DNA of 64,000 bases, the filler included, from Sphacelaria rigidula (Eukaryota), in the NCBI GenBank assembly GCA_964200075.2. It is 6 parts of 6 records of this genome, joined end to end, with 100 filler letters (N's around TTAATTAATTAA, not from the genome) between each part and the next. Parts side by side here need not be neighbours in the genome. Positions count along the whole stretch, not along the records: positions 1 to 10,599 come from CAXNAA020006215.1; positions 10,700 to 21,298 come from CAXNAA020006216.1; 4 more parts are not named here. The stretch is one strand, 5' to 3'. The notes under the pieces were generated by a model, which searched no databases, was not told the DNA's origin, and saw only the letters and a list, made by a program, of their open reading frames with translations. Every line of letters starts with the position of its first letter. Position 1 is the stretch's first letter. The translations under genes were made by a program, and so were the position numbers. Below, piece after piece: positions 1 to 13,600 of the stretch.

Positions 1-531
1 TTTGGTAGTGTTGTCGGGTGTTCCGGGATATATGTTGGTGGGTGGCTGCTTGGTTGCTGTGAGGGGCGGATGTATCCCCCATGTTACATTTGAAGAGAAA
101 AGCCGCTATGCACGAACGGGATATGTTCAAGGGCAAGGCCGGCAAGCAGGATGGGGGAGGTGGCAGGGGCGTACGGATTTGTGGCTTGCCTTAGTCGTTT
201 GGCCACTGGCCACGCATCGCGTTCGAGACGGAGCACCGTTCCTCCTCCTAATAGCTCGGGGGGGTGGGGGCAGGTTTGCACACATGAGGAGAAAACAACA
301 CATGATCAAGCAATGAAAGCCACCGGAGTAAGAACGAAAAGCTCCGAGGAAATTGAGGAGAGTAGTGAAAGACAAACAAACGCCACAGGTGAAAACACCA
401 CAAGGCACTGAGGCAGCTATTCAACCGTCTCCACCTCAACCGGAGTTGTGGTGGCTCTGCGTGCTTCCTCCTGTCGTCTCTCTCCTCTTTTGCCTCGTGT
501 GTGTGTATGTGTGTGCTTTCTTCTTGAATAG

Positions 532-3500
532 AGAAAAAATGTGCCGAAGTCACCAGAGAAAGACCAAGACTGCCGCGGCGGCGGCGGCAGCAGCAGCAGC
601 AGCGGGTTCCGCTGGAGGCGGTTCAGCGGGTTCGTCTACACGCACGGTAGGGGGGCTCTCCTTGAGGATCAGGGTTGCGTGGCTGCTCACGTCTTGCATA
701 TTATCTCGAATATATAAACACGGAGGGCCGTGAAAAACCAAACGATGAAGCGCTGAGAAGATGTTGCAATTAAGGGGCAGAAAAACCGAATGGCACGTGG
801 TTGCTGACGGTGCCTTCAGATCCGTTTTTTGTGTGCAGAAGCTTTTTTTTCTTCACGGGTGCGACATTTTCTGCACGCAGTTGGAAAGCGTGCCGAGCGC
901 TTCGTTTTTTTGTTGTACAAGGGCAGTCGTCCGTGCAAACAACAACACTTGCGTGCAGACGTTGAATATGAGAAGAATAGAATTGAAATAGGCGAAGAAG
1001 ATCTGGAAGCAAGGAAGGAAAGACACCGAAAGTCGGATGTGGAGGGCGTTGGGTTGCCGGCTGCTTCGCTCCGTTGTTATACGCAACTGCTTGAGTGCGT
1101 GCGGCAGATAATCGGATGTTTTTATATTCACTCAGTCCTTCTACCCTCCCCCCCTCCCCCCTCCGCCGCCGCCGCTTCTTTTTACTCATGCAGGCTGGTG
1201 GCGGGGACGTTGCTTCAAGCAGCGTCCCAGGCTCAATCGCCCGCTCCCCTTCATTTCCGACTCCCACGTTGCCCTCCCTCTCGGGGTCCCTGGTGGCGCA
1301 CGCCCCCGTCGCGGGCCTTTTGGATCTGTCGGGATCTGCCTCCAGGGGTGGGGATCGCGGAGGAACCCAAAAGAGCGGCAACAACCGCAAGCGCCCCGTG
1401 TCGGCGGTTTCCGGTGCGGACGAGGGGAAATTCGGCGCTGGAGCACGGCGGTACAGTAAGTTGGCGTCTATCGCCTCGTCTGGGTTCCCACCTAGCTAAG
1501 AACTAGCTGTCTGCCCTTCGAGACCCGATTTTGTTCATGAAGGAGGAAAAACTGTCGCAGGATGAATATCTAACTTGTCTGGCGTGCGAGGAGGCGAAGG
1601 GATGAAACGAACTGTGGTGGGGGGTGAAGGGAGGTCGTTCAATGGTGGAGATTGGTCGGAAGGGGCAATGGAGAATGGTAAACGCATGTATGTTCTGTCC
1701 CCCTTTCATTTCCCACCTCCCCCCGTCCCCTCCCGATTTTCGCTTTCTTGTGAGGTGGGTCTCTCGGAGGCGGGCGTTTTTTTTTCTTTCTCAATCTTTA
1801 TGAGTCAACGTGAGTCAGCTTATTGCGGAAATTTTGTGTCGATTTTTTTTCGCGTCTCGTTGCCACGCTACTGCTCACACGATGCTGTGGGTCGGGAAAC
1901 ATGGATTAACATTTAAGGGGGATTCGTTTTTTACACAAAGCACAGCTTGTTTGGGAGTGTTGGGTGTGGTGGGAACAGAGCGTCTTTGCTAGTGTACATA
2001 GGGCTGGTTGTCTCCCACCTTGCCCCTGATGGAATTATATCTCGGGCTCCATATGTGTACATCCGACGATGTTCAACTTACGGAGTTCCTATGCGGCGGG
2101 GCCAAGTCACACGCGCGAAGGGGGAAGGGTGGGGGGGCAGGGGGGAAGGCTTAATTGATGTAAAGTACGACGGACACACAACGCGGATGTATAATGATGG
2201 AAAAGCTGGGTGTTGGTGGCCAATTTTGGTTTCTTCTTCGTGTATTCCGTTACGGGAGGGCACATTGTTATGGGGGGGATATCAGATATCAGAGCAGAGG
2301 GCGCCGTACACGGTATGTAAGCACGTGTTTGTGTTTGAAGGTGTGTGCTTATGTTATGCTTGAGTAGGTGTTACGCTTGAGTATTCGTTAGGTATTTTGA
2401 CATTTGCTGGGGGGGGCGGGGGGGGAACCAAGCCGGGGAAGGCAAGAGGGGGGGATGGGAGGGAGGGTAGCGATGCTCGCTTTTTTATTGTTGGTTATCG
2501 ACACAGTCATGCATGCTGGATGTGCGGGTCGTCCGAAACTTGAGGCGAATTGAACGAGTGTAGAAAACCCCGCGTGTTCCACTTTGTTGGGAGGCGCAGG
2601 AAAAAAATATCGCGTCGTTGCCCTCCCTCCTGTCTATTTTCCCATCCCCCGCATTCCCTCCGTGGTTGATTGTTTTCGAGGGCGAGGAAGACCAGGTTCC
2701 TGGGAGGCGGCAGAGAGGCGGGGGGTTAGTCATTTGTTGATTGCCCCGGTCGTTTGACCGTTGAGCACGCATCGGTTTCGAGACGGAGCAGAGGGGAGGG
2801 AGTGTAGGACTGGGTAGTGTTGAGCCCTGCGACGAAGACGTACTATAGCGTGTAGTGTATCTGTTGTGTCGTTTGTGCTCAAGATCTGCGGCGGGCACAG
2901 AGGACGAAGGGTGAGCTCGGTGCCTCCAAGCCTCGGTTGCAAGTGTGTTTCCGAGTCTCCGCGTGTGCGTCGTACGTGTGCTCGTGCTCGTGCACGTGCT
3001 CGTGGATGTGCATGCTATGGGGGAGGATTTGGTTTACTGTTTTGTGGATGGGGGGCGAATTTCGGGACACCAAAAACACATACGCACGAAATCGAGCTGC
3101 CGGAGCAAAAAAGAACACACAAACACACATACAACACAAAAAACAGTCCGACCATGGCACATATCGTTGTTGTCTCGCGTGTCATATTTGTAGATGACCG
3201 AGTTTTTATCGCTGCCCTACCCACACGAGCGCGCGTAGGAGTGTACTGTCTGCTCTTCTCGACGGGCTGGGCTGGTCAAAATAATCAAAATATTTGGATA
3301 TCGTAGTTGGTTCGGGCACGAGAAATGTCCAGTTGCCTTGAACCATAGGATTGATTGGGAGGGCACCGGCCAAAAGGTGTACTTGTGTTTATTGTTGTGT
3401 CCTCCATGGCTCCTGGGCTGTTTTCGTTGTCTGTGAAAAAATGAGCACTTCGCTTGATGAACAACTCACCGACACGGTTAGCGAATATCCGCCTCCTAGC

Positions 3501-4000
3501 CGTCCGTCTTCCGGTAGCGGGTGTACATCTTTTGGTCGCAAGTGGAAGAAGGGCGGGGCGCGGCGGGCGGGGGGCAGGGGGGGCGGGTTGGAAATTGAGA
3601 AAGTTGGTTTCTGTCGGGTAAATGCTAAGGAACGAGTTTCTGTTTTCCGGCGAGAAATGAAAACCATCAAACGAAAAGAGGGGGGCAGGGTGTTGTGGCT
3701 CTCATCCGTCTATTCCTGGGCGTCCACTTGGCCGCATGAGGGCTCTACGGGAGGGGAGGGGGGGGGAGCGGAATAGGACAAGACTGGCCTGTTGGGTGAA
3801 AATGGATGGACGCTCAGCCGATGCATTTTTATCTTTTGCTGGTGTCGTATTCGTGTGATTTTATCCCCATCCGTCATCATGTGTTTCCAGTGCTTTGAGA
3901 TGGCCAAAGCGTTTTGCGGTGGTGTGGTATCACGGTATGTGTGGTGGGATCGTTTCTCCTCTCTTCACTCTTTTTTTTTTCTTCTTTTTAGTAGTTCAAG

Positions 4001-4035
<35 letters not shown>

Positions 4036-5725
4036 CCCCGCCCCTCCGCGCGCGGGGGGCGAGCCCAAAAACACATTATTACGCCCCCAAAACAAAAACN
4101 NNNNNNNNNTTTTTCCCTTGTTGTCCTCTCCCGGTGTTTGTGGTGGGTTCGTTCCCCCTCTCTCCCCTCTTTTTTTTTTCTTCTTTTTAGTAGTTCAAGC
4201 CCCCCCCCTCCCCCCCCGCCTCGCCGAGACTGCGTACGTACTACGGGCGTAAAAGTGCAAGCCAACATAATATTGTAGCTCCGCCAGAAAAACAGCCCGG
4301 GGCGATTTTCTTGTCGGTGTGAAGTATTGAAATCGGCAATTCGGTATGATCCCATCTCGTTTAGTTGTAGCATAAGTCACCGCTGTTTCGGACCTTGCTC
4401 GGTCGATATATTCCCCCCACTCACTTGGCGCAAACGTAGCTGTTGCAGCACCATGGGAGGTTCTCGCGAAGGCGGTCCAGCGCAACGTGGCAAGGAAGAT
4501 TGTACAGGACCGGACCTGTACCGACCGTCTTTTCCGCGCCCGTGGTGTTCGTGTTGAAAGTTTTATCCACCCAGGTATTTGTGCTTCTACACAAGAAAAC
4601 ATATTCGTTTCCTCTTTCTCTCCCCTCTCTTGTCTTTTTTCCTATTTTGGGATTCCGTCTCGGAAAATATCAAGAGAGGTACTGTGGTCGTGATGCTTTT
4701 CTTGTGCTTTTTTTTCGTCGTCTGCTTTTGCCAATGACAGGCGAAACGAAGCGGTAGATTGTTATGGTTTGTTCTGACCTGTGTTTCCGGGAAGGATCGG
4801 CGGAGGGGTGGGAGGGGGGGGGGGGAGGGGGGGGGCTGGAGGAAAATGAAGGATGTATGCCGATCGCAGTAGTGACGATGATCGGTGTAGGAAGGATTGG
4901 GGTTCTCGCACGGTTGTTTAGCGGCTATCCATGTTCGTAGGAGTCAACAATGAGCGTTTGCGAAGGTGGGGGATTGAGGGTAGGGGCATGCGAGCACACA
5001 TCGGCGCACGCATCCACAGCACTGAGTACCAAGGGGTGGCTTGTCGTGCCCCTTGGTGGGTAGGACAAAAGCGACACGGACTGTGCATTGCTTCCTCCGC
5101 CGCGCTGGCAAACAAGGGGGCATGCACCATGTGCACTAACGCCCACTGGATGCTTCCATCGATGGAATGCTCGCTGGATACTGAGCTGCACTGCGCAAAC
5201 ATGCGCGGGCGCCCGCGCTAACACGTACGTCGATGTGTCGGTATATTCGGTGGTGAGCAATATGTGATGTTTTTCCCTTTTTCTTGGCAGAACCTACCTG
5301 CCGTTGTCGTGACCGTTTGTCTGTTGCCGTGTGTTTCATGTGTGTGCGTTTTGCGTAGTGTATGGCCGATGGTCAGATGGTGGGGAATCGCATGGGGAGA
5401 TGATGGGGGCGAGAAGCCAAGGGTGTATGGGAGAAGATGTAATGACTTGCTGTGTGTAGTGGGAAACTTGAGCATTACGGGTTGTTCTTTTTTTATTTGT
5501 TGTTGCATTTTTTACTTGCGATGTTCGGGTTTTGTCTTTGGTGTTGATGTTTTTTTTTTAATGGTCTTGGTTTTGTCAGGAAAGTTTTCGGTGCTGATGT
5601 TTTTGCCACCAGTATTTGATTTGGTGCGCAGTGCTCTGGGCAAAGCTTTTCTCATTCCATTTTTCAGCGGATGCGGTGGTATCGGAACGTGTCCGTAGTA
5701 CACGAGTGGGGTCAACTTCCAAAAG
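532..5725 (+). CDS. Probable spliced gene of unknown function (partial, low-complexity Ala/Gly/Ser-rich protein)
   Basis: Candidate exons 532-646, 1194-1455, 4440-4574, 4941-4979 and 5668-5725 have pyrimidine-tract/AG acceptors and GT donors, with compatible junction phases (0,1,1,1). They read ...EKMCRSHQRKTKT(A)nGSAGG...AGGGDVASS...ARRYTVAAPWEVLAKAVQRNVARKIVQ...SFIHPGVNNERLRRWGIE... No family recognised. Confidence 0.55.
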
Positions 5726-7979
5726 GTAAGTGCAGCTACAAGCACACTGAAAATGCGTAGTTTATTCTCCCTCCCACACTCGTGCCGCTCTGCGCACGTT
5801 CACTTCACGGCCAGCGGCGTAGCCTACGATTTTTATGGTGTGACTTTGCACCTCCCTTTCGCCTCAAGGACAACAAGAGGGAGAGCCATGTAATTTAGTT
5901 TAGCGCGATCTGCCGCAAAAGTGCGTGGATTTGATATCATGTTTTCTGTTTCGTTTCTGCTTCGTTGTTGTTCATGTTGACTTTTTTGAGTGTTGGATCG
6001 TGTTCCTTCCTTCCGCGTGCCCCTTCGCCGTCGTGTACATTTTCGAGCTCCCCACCCCCACGACACTACAATACATGGCATGTACGAGAAACGTTTCTAA
6101 CGCATTTTTGGTACGCTGTGGGGAGTGTTGCAGAAGAAGAGGTGGTTGCGGTGCAGGCGGTGCGTGCGTGTGTGCGTTCGTCGGGGTTGCGTGGCGACAC
6201 ACGCGGTGGCGTGCGCGGGCGAGGTCTTGGATGAGAGGATGCGCCAAAACGTAGTCATTCCGTGTACAGGTTCGGCAGATTCGCGTGCAAAAGCCCAAAT
6301 AAGTTGATACGTAGCTCCTGTGGTGTTTTGGATATCGGGTGTGCGTCGGTAGTGAGGAATGGGGGGATCTCCGAGCTCATACACACTCGGCCTGAAATTT
6401 CATTTCAGTGAGGGTAGGATGGAGTCGCATGGATCACGAACTGCGTGAAACCACACCACACGCAACGGATAATTTTGTCTCGGAGTTTGTGGTGAAAATA
6501 AGTACGCACTGGGGCGTGTTTAGGCCGGCCGCCCTTGATGTCGCCATGTTATCACTCGTTTCTTTCTCTGGTGGTGCCTGTTTTCCCCGTTTCGTACCCG
6601 GCGTGATTTTGTCGTTGACGATTTCCGCGTTCCGTCGTGCGCTCCATTTTTGTTGCATACGTTTTTGTTGTTTGCCTAGTTCGGTTTTCGGCGAGCCGCC
6701 CTTCGGCCTGCCGCTGTATTGATCCTTTCCCGGTGTTGATTCTGTGCATTTCTCGAGTGTGTGTGTTTGTGTGTGTGTGTGTTTTTTTTTAATCTTTTGT
6801 AGTAGGTGATGTTGATCAAGTCGATTGTTACTTCACGGTTGGGGGGAAGGGGGAGCATATGTATGTATTCGAGTTTGCATGGTACATGAGATTCCAGTAG
6901 TAATATAGTGGTGCATTTTTAGTATAGTAATAAATACTGCAACGGTGGATAACGGTACAGATCCTTGCATTTATCAATGGCAAACCCATGGCTTGGGAAC
7001 CCTCTTAGTTTGATGTGTTTTTCATGCCCTGTATGACGGCACTTCGTTTGAGTTTTGCCCAGTCAACGGCTTCTCGCGCGGCATGCCCTCATGTCCCGTG
7101 AAAATGACAACGAACGGACCAATCGGCTCCCATCCTGCGTGATATGTTTTGAACCCTCTAGAGTATTTCGTAGTAATGCTTTGGTCGCTGTTCTCTCTCT
7201 CGCTTATTTCTTGAGGGTATTTGCAGTCCTCCGCAATCCTCTAAAGGGCTGGGTTTCCTACAGACGAACTACCTGCCCTCTCTAGGTTTCACACACCGTT
7301 AACTCTCGAGCAATCTTGACCCTCTTCGAATATTTTTTCTCTGGAAAACTCGTGACGTGAATGCCCTGGAGCCCGCCGTTTTAACGAGACGAGGAGAGTG
7401 AGCACGCGGGGTGTGAGTGAGAGTGATTCTGGCGTTCATTTTCTTGTTTTTTTTGCCCTTTCGAATAGTCGAGAGCTGATGGGCAACCAATTGGAAGGAC
7501 AAGAGCAAAACAATTCACATAGACCGCCAGAATCACTCCGCCTCTCGCGGCGCGTTCCTACTTTCTTTGTCTCGTTGAAACACGACCTCATGCCGAGTAA
7601 CTCCGGAGCAATACACTCTGGAACTTTCACACGCCGTATGCTCTCGAAGAATCTGGACCCTCTAAATGGAGTAGATACATCTCTTGGATATTATGTAATA
7701 TACTATGAAGTAATTTTGAGGGGTAACCGATTGACCACTTGTGGATCCGGTGTACCCACGACAGTAGTCCTAGGGGACATCACTGACCGCAAGCATTCAT
7801 TGATTTTCAACCGATCAGGTGGTTTTGCCTCGAAAAATGAGCAACAGACCAAGTGCGAAAGCGGCAGTCGCCTATTATTCGATAAATCACATGTAAAGGC
7901 GTCCAAGATTACGCATGTATGTGGATACAGCACCGAAGATACGCCGCGGACAACGTTTTCACAGTATAACCCATATATA

Positions 7980-9340
7980 TACGAGCTGGGCCAGCCGAGA
8001 AGTGATTCTGCAGTTTGAATGCCTTTTCATTATACGGCCAATACTTGGAGTTGGACCCTGAAATTTGGTATGGACAATGAGTAGGGCAAAATGAAAAAAA
8101 TGACTGGCGCACACAAGTTTTTTTCTTTGTTTTTCCATTAGTTGGGGACATTTTACCGATATCTGAGAACTGATTATTGGCCTTGACCCTTTTGGAACCC
8201 ATCGACGATTTTTGTTCTTGTGAATCCGCATCATTTTTAGTCATTTTCAAGTCAATATGATGCCCATTCATAAAAACAAAAATCGGCAATGGGTTCCGAA
8301 CGGGTTGACTAATGGGAAAATAAAGAAAAAACTGTGTGCGCCAGTGATTTTGTTTATTATGCCCATCTCATTGTCCATACCAAATTTCAGGGTCCAACTC
8401 CAAGTATTGGCCATATAATGGGCCGCTTCGTGACGGGTCAGAAGAAATTCGGGACATTATTTTGCAGACCATCCACCGGTGTTTGTGTATTGAAACTTTG
8501 TGTGGGGCGTGGCTAGGGCATAATCAACAAAACTAAGTGAGTGACATCGTTTATTTTCTTATTTTCTTCATTGGTTTAGGGCGTTGAAGTCTGGTAAAGA
8601 CCATTTTTTCACGAGAACGTCTGAACTTCCCCCCCCCCCCCAAAAAAAAAAAAAAAAGGCCCAATTTTTTTTTTTTATATCTTTTTTTATTTTCACACTT
8701 AATTTTAAATTGTATCTCTAAAAAATAAAATAAAAAANNNNNNNNNNGTGTTGGGGCGGTGTGGTGTGGTAAAGGAGATTTTTGAAAGAGAAGGTGGGTA
8801 AATCCAAAAAACACAAAAAAAAAAAAATGAAGGCCCAATTTTTTTTTTGCATAGCTCTGTGGTCCTCCACGCTGAGTTTCAAATTGCATCTCTAAAAATT
8901 GAGCTAAAAAAATTGAGATGAGGCCCAAAAGCAGTGTTCATTTCTCCTCGAAACTACCCCAAAAATCCGAAAAAAATGGAAAAAAAATCCGAAAAAATTG
9001 AAAAAGCTGTGTTTATAAGCTTTCTTATGCACTAGCGGTTCTCCATACGAAATTTTATAACATAACTCTAAAAAATTGAGACGCGATATCCAGGTTTAGC
9101 TAATCTAGCGCATCTGCTCGTAATATACTGATTTTAGTATGTAAACTTATGCGCGCCATATCTTGAGATAGCTTACGAATTAGGTGAAGGTGAGGGTATC
9201 TATCGTCTCCCCGTCCTCCAGGGAATGTCCACACCAAAATTCGTCATCCGCTAAATGCATCGATCGGGGGTTTTACATAGATTATAGTATAGATCCTATC
9301 TCCCTTAGGTAAAGGAATTACTAGACATAACAGCCGATCC
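7980..9340. mobile_element. Tc1/mariner-type MITE copy (right end missing)
   Basis: Colinear with 43065-43760. Internal inverted repeat at 8028-8115 / 8333-8421. Confidence 0.8.
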
Positions 9341-9458
9341 TAATTTTCGGGGTTGAAACAAAACATGAGGTTGAAGTCCCATTTCTCTATTGCAGGGAAG
9401 ATACGAAAGAGTAACACAGAGCGAAAGTATCTTCCCCCCCCAAACTCCGCAGGAAGGC

Positions 9459-9568
9459 TTAACCGTCAGACCGCGAGAGTAGGTCACCTGCTGAATCAGC
9501 ATCAATATTCACTTGAAAAAAGTACAAGTGGTCCAGATCGACTACCGGCACCGCGGTCCGAGGGTTAA
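9459..9568. mobile_element. Very short piggyBac-like MITE
   Basis: TTAA on both sides and ~13-bp TIR CC..RGACCGCG / CGCGGTC..GGG. Related copies at 18647-18734, 20852-20954, 52177-52286 and 53190-53295. Confidence 0.75.
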
Positions 9569-10599
9569 GCAACTCTGACTAGGTGCACCCAACGAATGCG
9601 GCGTACACGCGTGTCGACGACGATATCACCAGAGAGAGAAGCACCGACAGAGAGGAAGCTCCTCGCCCGTGTCCTTTGCGTGTTCTCGCTCGGCGATAAC
9701 CACCATCGCTCGAGACACTCGCATCATTGATGTTACGAGCATGCACCCAAGATTCAATGTTGTGCCACGACACAGAGTTGCGGAGAGATTTCGTCTCTTC
9801 TTGCTTGCTTGATGCGATGACCAGTTTTTCTCTGCCTCTCTTTTTGGACAAGAAGCGCGTCTGTGCGCTGAAAAACATGTCGTTGAAAAACAGAGCAATG
9901 TTCCCGTCACCGCTACTGCTGTTCTCTATCACACACGTGCCAGCAAGGACGGTGCTGCAGCAATAACAGATAGATCCAATATGAACTTACGGGGGGTTAT
10001 TCATCGTTGATTTTCCCCAATCTCCCCCTCCCCCCAACGGGGTGTCCGAGCACAGGCCATTTAGGGTGTGTGTGCGTGAGAGATCAAACACTTGTAGAGA
10101 CCTTCTTGACATGCGGAGTGAAAAAAGATACCTATGGTGGTGACCTAACTGTTGCTAGCGTGGCGTGTAGGAGTCCGCCCATGCCGCCATCTGCGGCGCA
10201 CGCTGGCCGCGTGAGCACCTGAGTAATAGGTACAACAGTACCACTAGTAGCTTCCAATAGTACTCTAATAATTATTCCGATGTCAGAAGGTCATGTATTA
10301 TTATTTTAACAAGCTGGGAGGAGAGACGAGAGTTCTCTACGATCAACCTAATCGATTTTACCCGCACCAATTTTCCCGCAGGTGTATGATGGTTGATTGT
10401 ACCCTGAATGTGACGGTCAAACAGGGGTACTATGGTCACGGGTAATTGTCGGATATTCCGGTGCTTTGTTTCACATAAGGGCATGATGAAACTGACAAGT
10501 TGGAAGGATGCCAAACCATGGAGTGTGGCTATGATTCGACGTATGAGGAAGCGATTGTGTGGTGGATTACTAGCCCGAGATGTGGACTGTGGATCAGGC

Positions 10600-10699
10600 N
10601 NNNNNNNNNNNNNNNNNNNNNNNNNNNNNNNNNNNNNNNNNNNTTAATTAATTAANNNNNNNNNNNNNNNNNNNNNNNNNNNNNNNNNNNNNNNNNNNN
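10600..10699. other. Artificial contig linker (N44-TTAATTAATTAA-N44)
   Basis: Stops in all six frames. Identical linkers at 21299-21398, 31998-32097, 42697-42796 and 53396-53495. Confidence 0.99.
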
Positions 10700-13600
10700 T
10701 GATGCACCCACATACACCGAAAGATGTAGACTGGTGCCCAGAATAAATGGGACGACAACACACGACAACACACATCCACTCAGATTCTCTGTCAACATTT
10801 GAAAAAGAATTTTGATCAAATGTGATAAAAATAAAGGTTATGCTATTGAAAGAGAATTGTGGTTGCTTTACTCGTAAGGTTCCTCTGGATACCTAGTATT
10901 ATTTGATCACGGGCCTGAATGCTGAAATACTGGGAATGTATACGGAAAAATCGACAAAAGCCAACTTGTCGGCTTGCCACGACTCTTCTGCCGACGAAAA
11001 GTTGTGCAGACAGAGGGTAGATCCTAATTATTCAATAAGTATTTCAATATTTAGCCTTAGCATATCAAAAGTGATCTGTTTACCGCATGCAAATGATGGG
11101 GAGCACGCTCGCTATTATATACTCGTTCGAAGAGCAATGGATAAATCTTGGATAAATGGCACAAAAAGTTTTACAGTAGCGGGTCTGAAAAATGGCGAAA
11201 ATATACATATGAAAAGCAAAACAAAAATATAATTTGTCACGATACCGGGCAGGGCAACAAAAAAATAGGTCTCACTGGAGTGTGGGGTACCGCGGCATCT
11301 GGCTCCACAAACCCAAAGGTGCGCGGTCGAATTTACTCTCATGTCTCAGTCTATCTGTGGGGGTAGGCTTCTCCCCCTGATGTATGGGCTTCCCCTCTCC
11401 CCCCCACCATCTGCGGCATGCACACACAGTCAGTAGAGTGAACGTTCGACCAACGCCCTTCCCGCGCGCTATATGGTACTATTTTATTTTTTATTTTTCG
11501 CGTCTCGACCTCCAACGACAGATCTACGATTCGTCACTGGAGGACACTGCTATCTAACGGAGCTCAGACAGTACAGTAACATAACAATAAAGTGGGGGCG
11601 TGGGTTGGTGCGGCCAAGATATAATGTCAACGCCAGTTGTAGGTGCTGCTGCCGCTTCCGCTGCTGCTTCGCCATCAGCATCTGGTGCTCAACAATTTTG
11701 TCAAGATCTCGTGACAAGGTTGATGCTCCAGGACGTGGGGGCGGGAGATGTTGGTGGAGAAGAGCCGCAGCAAATCGACGTGCGAACACGGGTCATGAGC
11801 TATCTTACTTATGTTGAAGGGCTTCAGGTACGATATGTATGAGAAATCCACATAGCTATATCGTGGCTGGTTTATGCAACGCAGTTGTGCGCCTGCCCTT
11901 TGTCTTCGCCCTGGTCCGAAGGTGTGTCGGGTTTTCATTGCACGCGGAGTTATGTATATTTATGCGGTTTTTACAATGGTGGGGGTACATGGTATGCACA
12001 GCACACGCCGTAACATTCAACTCTCTATGTTGTCTCGGCTTCAGTAAAGTCTGCGTCCCTCTAAGACGCCCCGTATTTTTTGGCGCCAAAAAGCCTTGCT
12101 GCCCTGCCTTCCTCGTACTGTATGTACCCTGGTTGACAAACAGCACATCAGCAAATGATACTGGTAGCGGATGGTCTTCGTGCACTAAAGCTGTCAACTG
12201 TTACATCGCCACGCGCACCCGCCGTGCGCAGCTGCTATGATACCGCCCGCCTGGTTTTTGCCTTACATGATCATGCACGGACGGCATGGCGTCTTTCTTC
12301 CCTTGATGAAGTTTACAGCATACCGTACTTGTAACGTACCACTGTACTCTCTGTACTCTTACTGTACCTTCTCCCTGTACGCCAGGGCAAAGCCAAGATG
12401 GTGAAGCCTAAAGATCCAGAGGTTGAGGGGTAAAAAGCAGAGGGTAAAAACACTGCACTTTTGAACCACTCGAACTGTTGCTGTAGTGTACCGTCGTGTA
12501 CTCGCGCTTCTACCTGGAACAGGGTTCTGTAGTGTGCAACATGTGCGATAACGCCCACTTGATACAGGGCAAATCACTTTTTTGTGTACTGTCTGTCGTG
12601 TACTTCTGGCCGGTCCACGACAGATGGAGGGTGGTTTTTGATTCCACACTCTCTGTGTTCAGGTGTGCTGTGTCGTGTACGGCATCAATGTAGCAGCTGT
12701 TGATTGTTGCTGTTCGTATGTGCTCGCCGTTGCCTCCATCGACCGCGGCAAACACTCCGAAAACAGATTGCTTTATTTCCTGTACCTCAGGAACTTTTGT
12801 TTCCGCACAGCCCGACTTCGGGATGGGGGCCGACCTGCGGATGGCGGGTGCAACACCCTGCGTGACTGAAGTAGGGGAGTTGTACGCAGACACTGACCGT
12901 AGGACGGCAATTGTCTCGCCATAACCTGAGGCAACCGCACTGCGTTCAGCGTTCACCACTACTGTTGTCTGTACACTTGTAAAACAGCTCTCAGCATTGT
13001 GTCGCGCAGAATTTCGATGTCTTTCGGTGGCTGAGAAGGGGGTCGCGAACGTCGATCCCTGCGAAGTCATACGCGTATCCCTGCCACCTGCGGGCACATA
13101 ACACGCTCTGTACGTTCACCTTTTCAACTGAGCTTACTGTACTGTACGGTTCTGTACCTCTAAACGGGCAGTAGAGCTCTCCCAATTCAAGCGGTCGCAA
13201 ATGATGGACCTCCCTCTCCCCCTTTTTTTTTGACACCCGCGGTAACGGCTAGAAATGCCGAGTTGCCATCACGACCGGGTCGGAAGGCAACCTTTCCGTG
13301 CATGCTGGGCTCTATCGTCATCTCTCAACTGTGCTGCACGGTACACCGCTGTCTGTCTTCTGCGAAGTTTTCGACTGCGTATCCACCGAGCACATTCCAG
13401 GGCAGTGCAGTTCACTCAAAGGCACCCGAGCCGCTGTGCACAACATCATGCAACACTGTTGTCATTCGGCGTATGCACAATTTTTTGTTCGATGATGTAC
13501 GCATGGGTGCCGCAGGGGTTACAGAAGACCGTATCACAAGAGACTGATGTCGGCATGGTTACATTTGATATACATGAGGCACCTACACTACAAAGGAATC

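Noticed and set aside
3950-4215. Duplicated sequence with poly-C and poly-Pro/Gly ORFs (also 40750-40960)
   Set aside because: It flanks 10-N gaps and homopolymer runs, so it is probably low-quality or overlapping contig ends.
10644-10655. Periodic TTAATTAATTAA palindrome every 10,699 bp as a biological array
   Set aside because: It is always centred in 44+44 Ns, so it is an artificial six-frame-stop linker.
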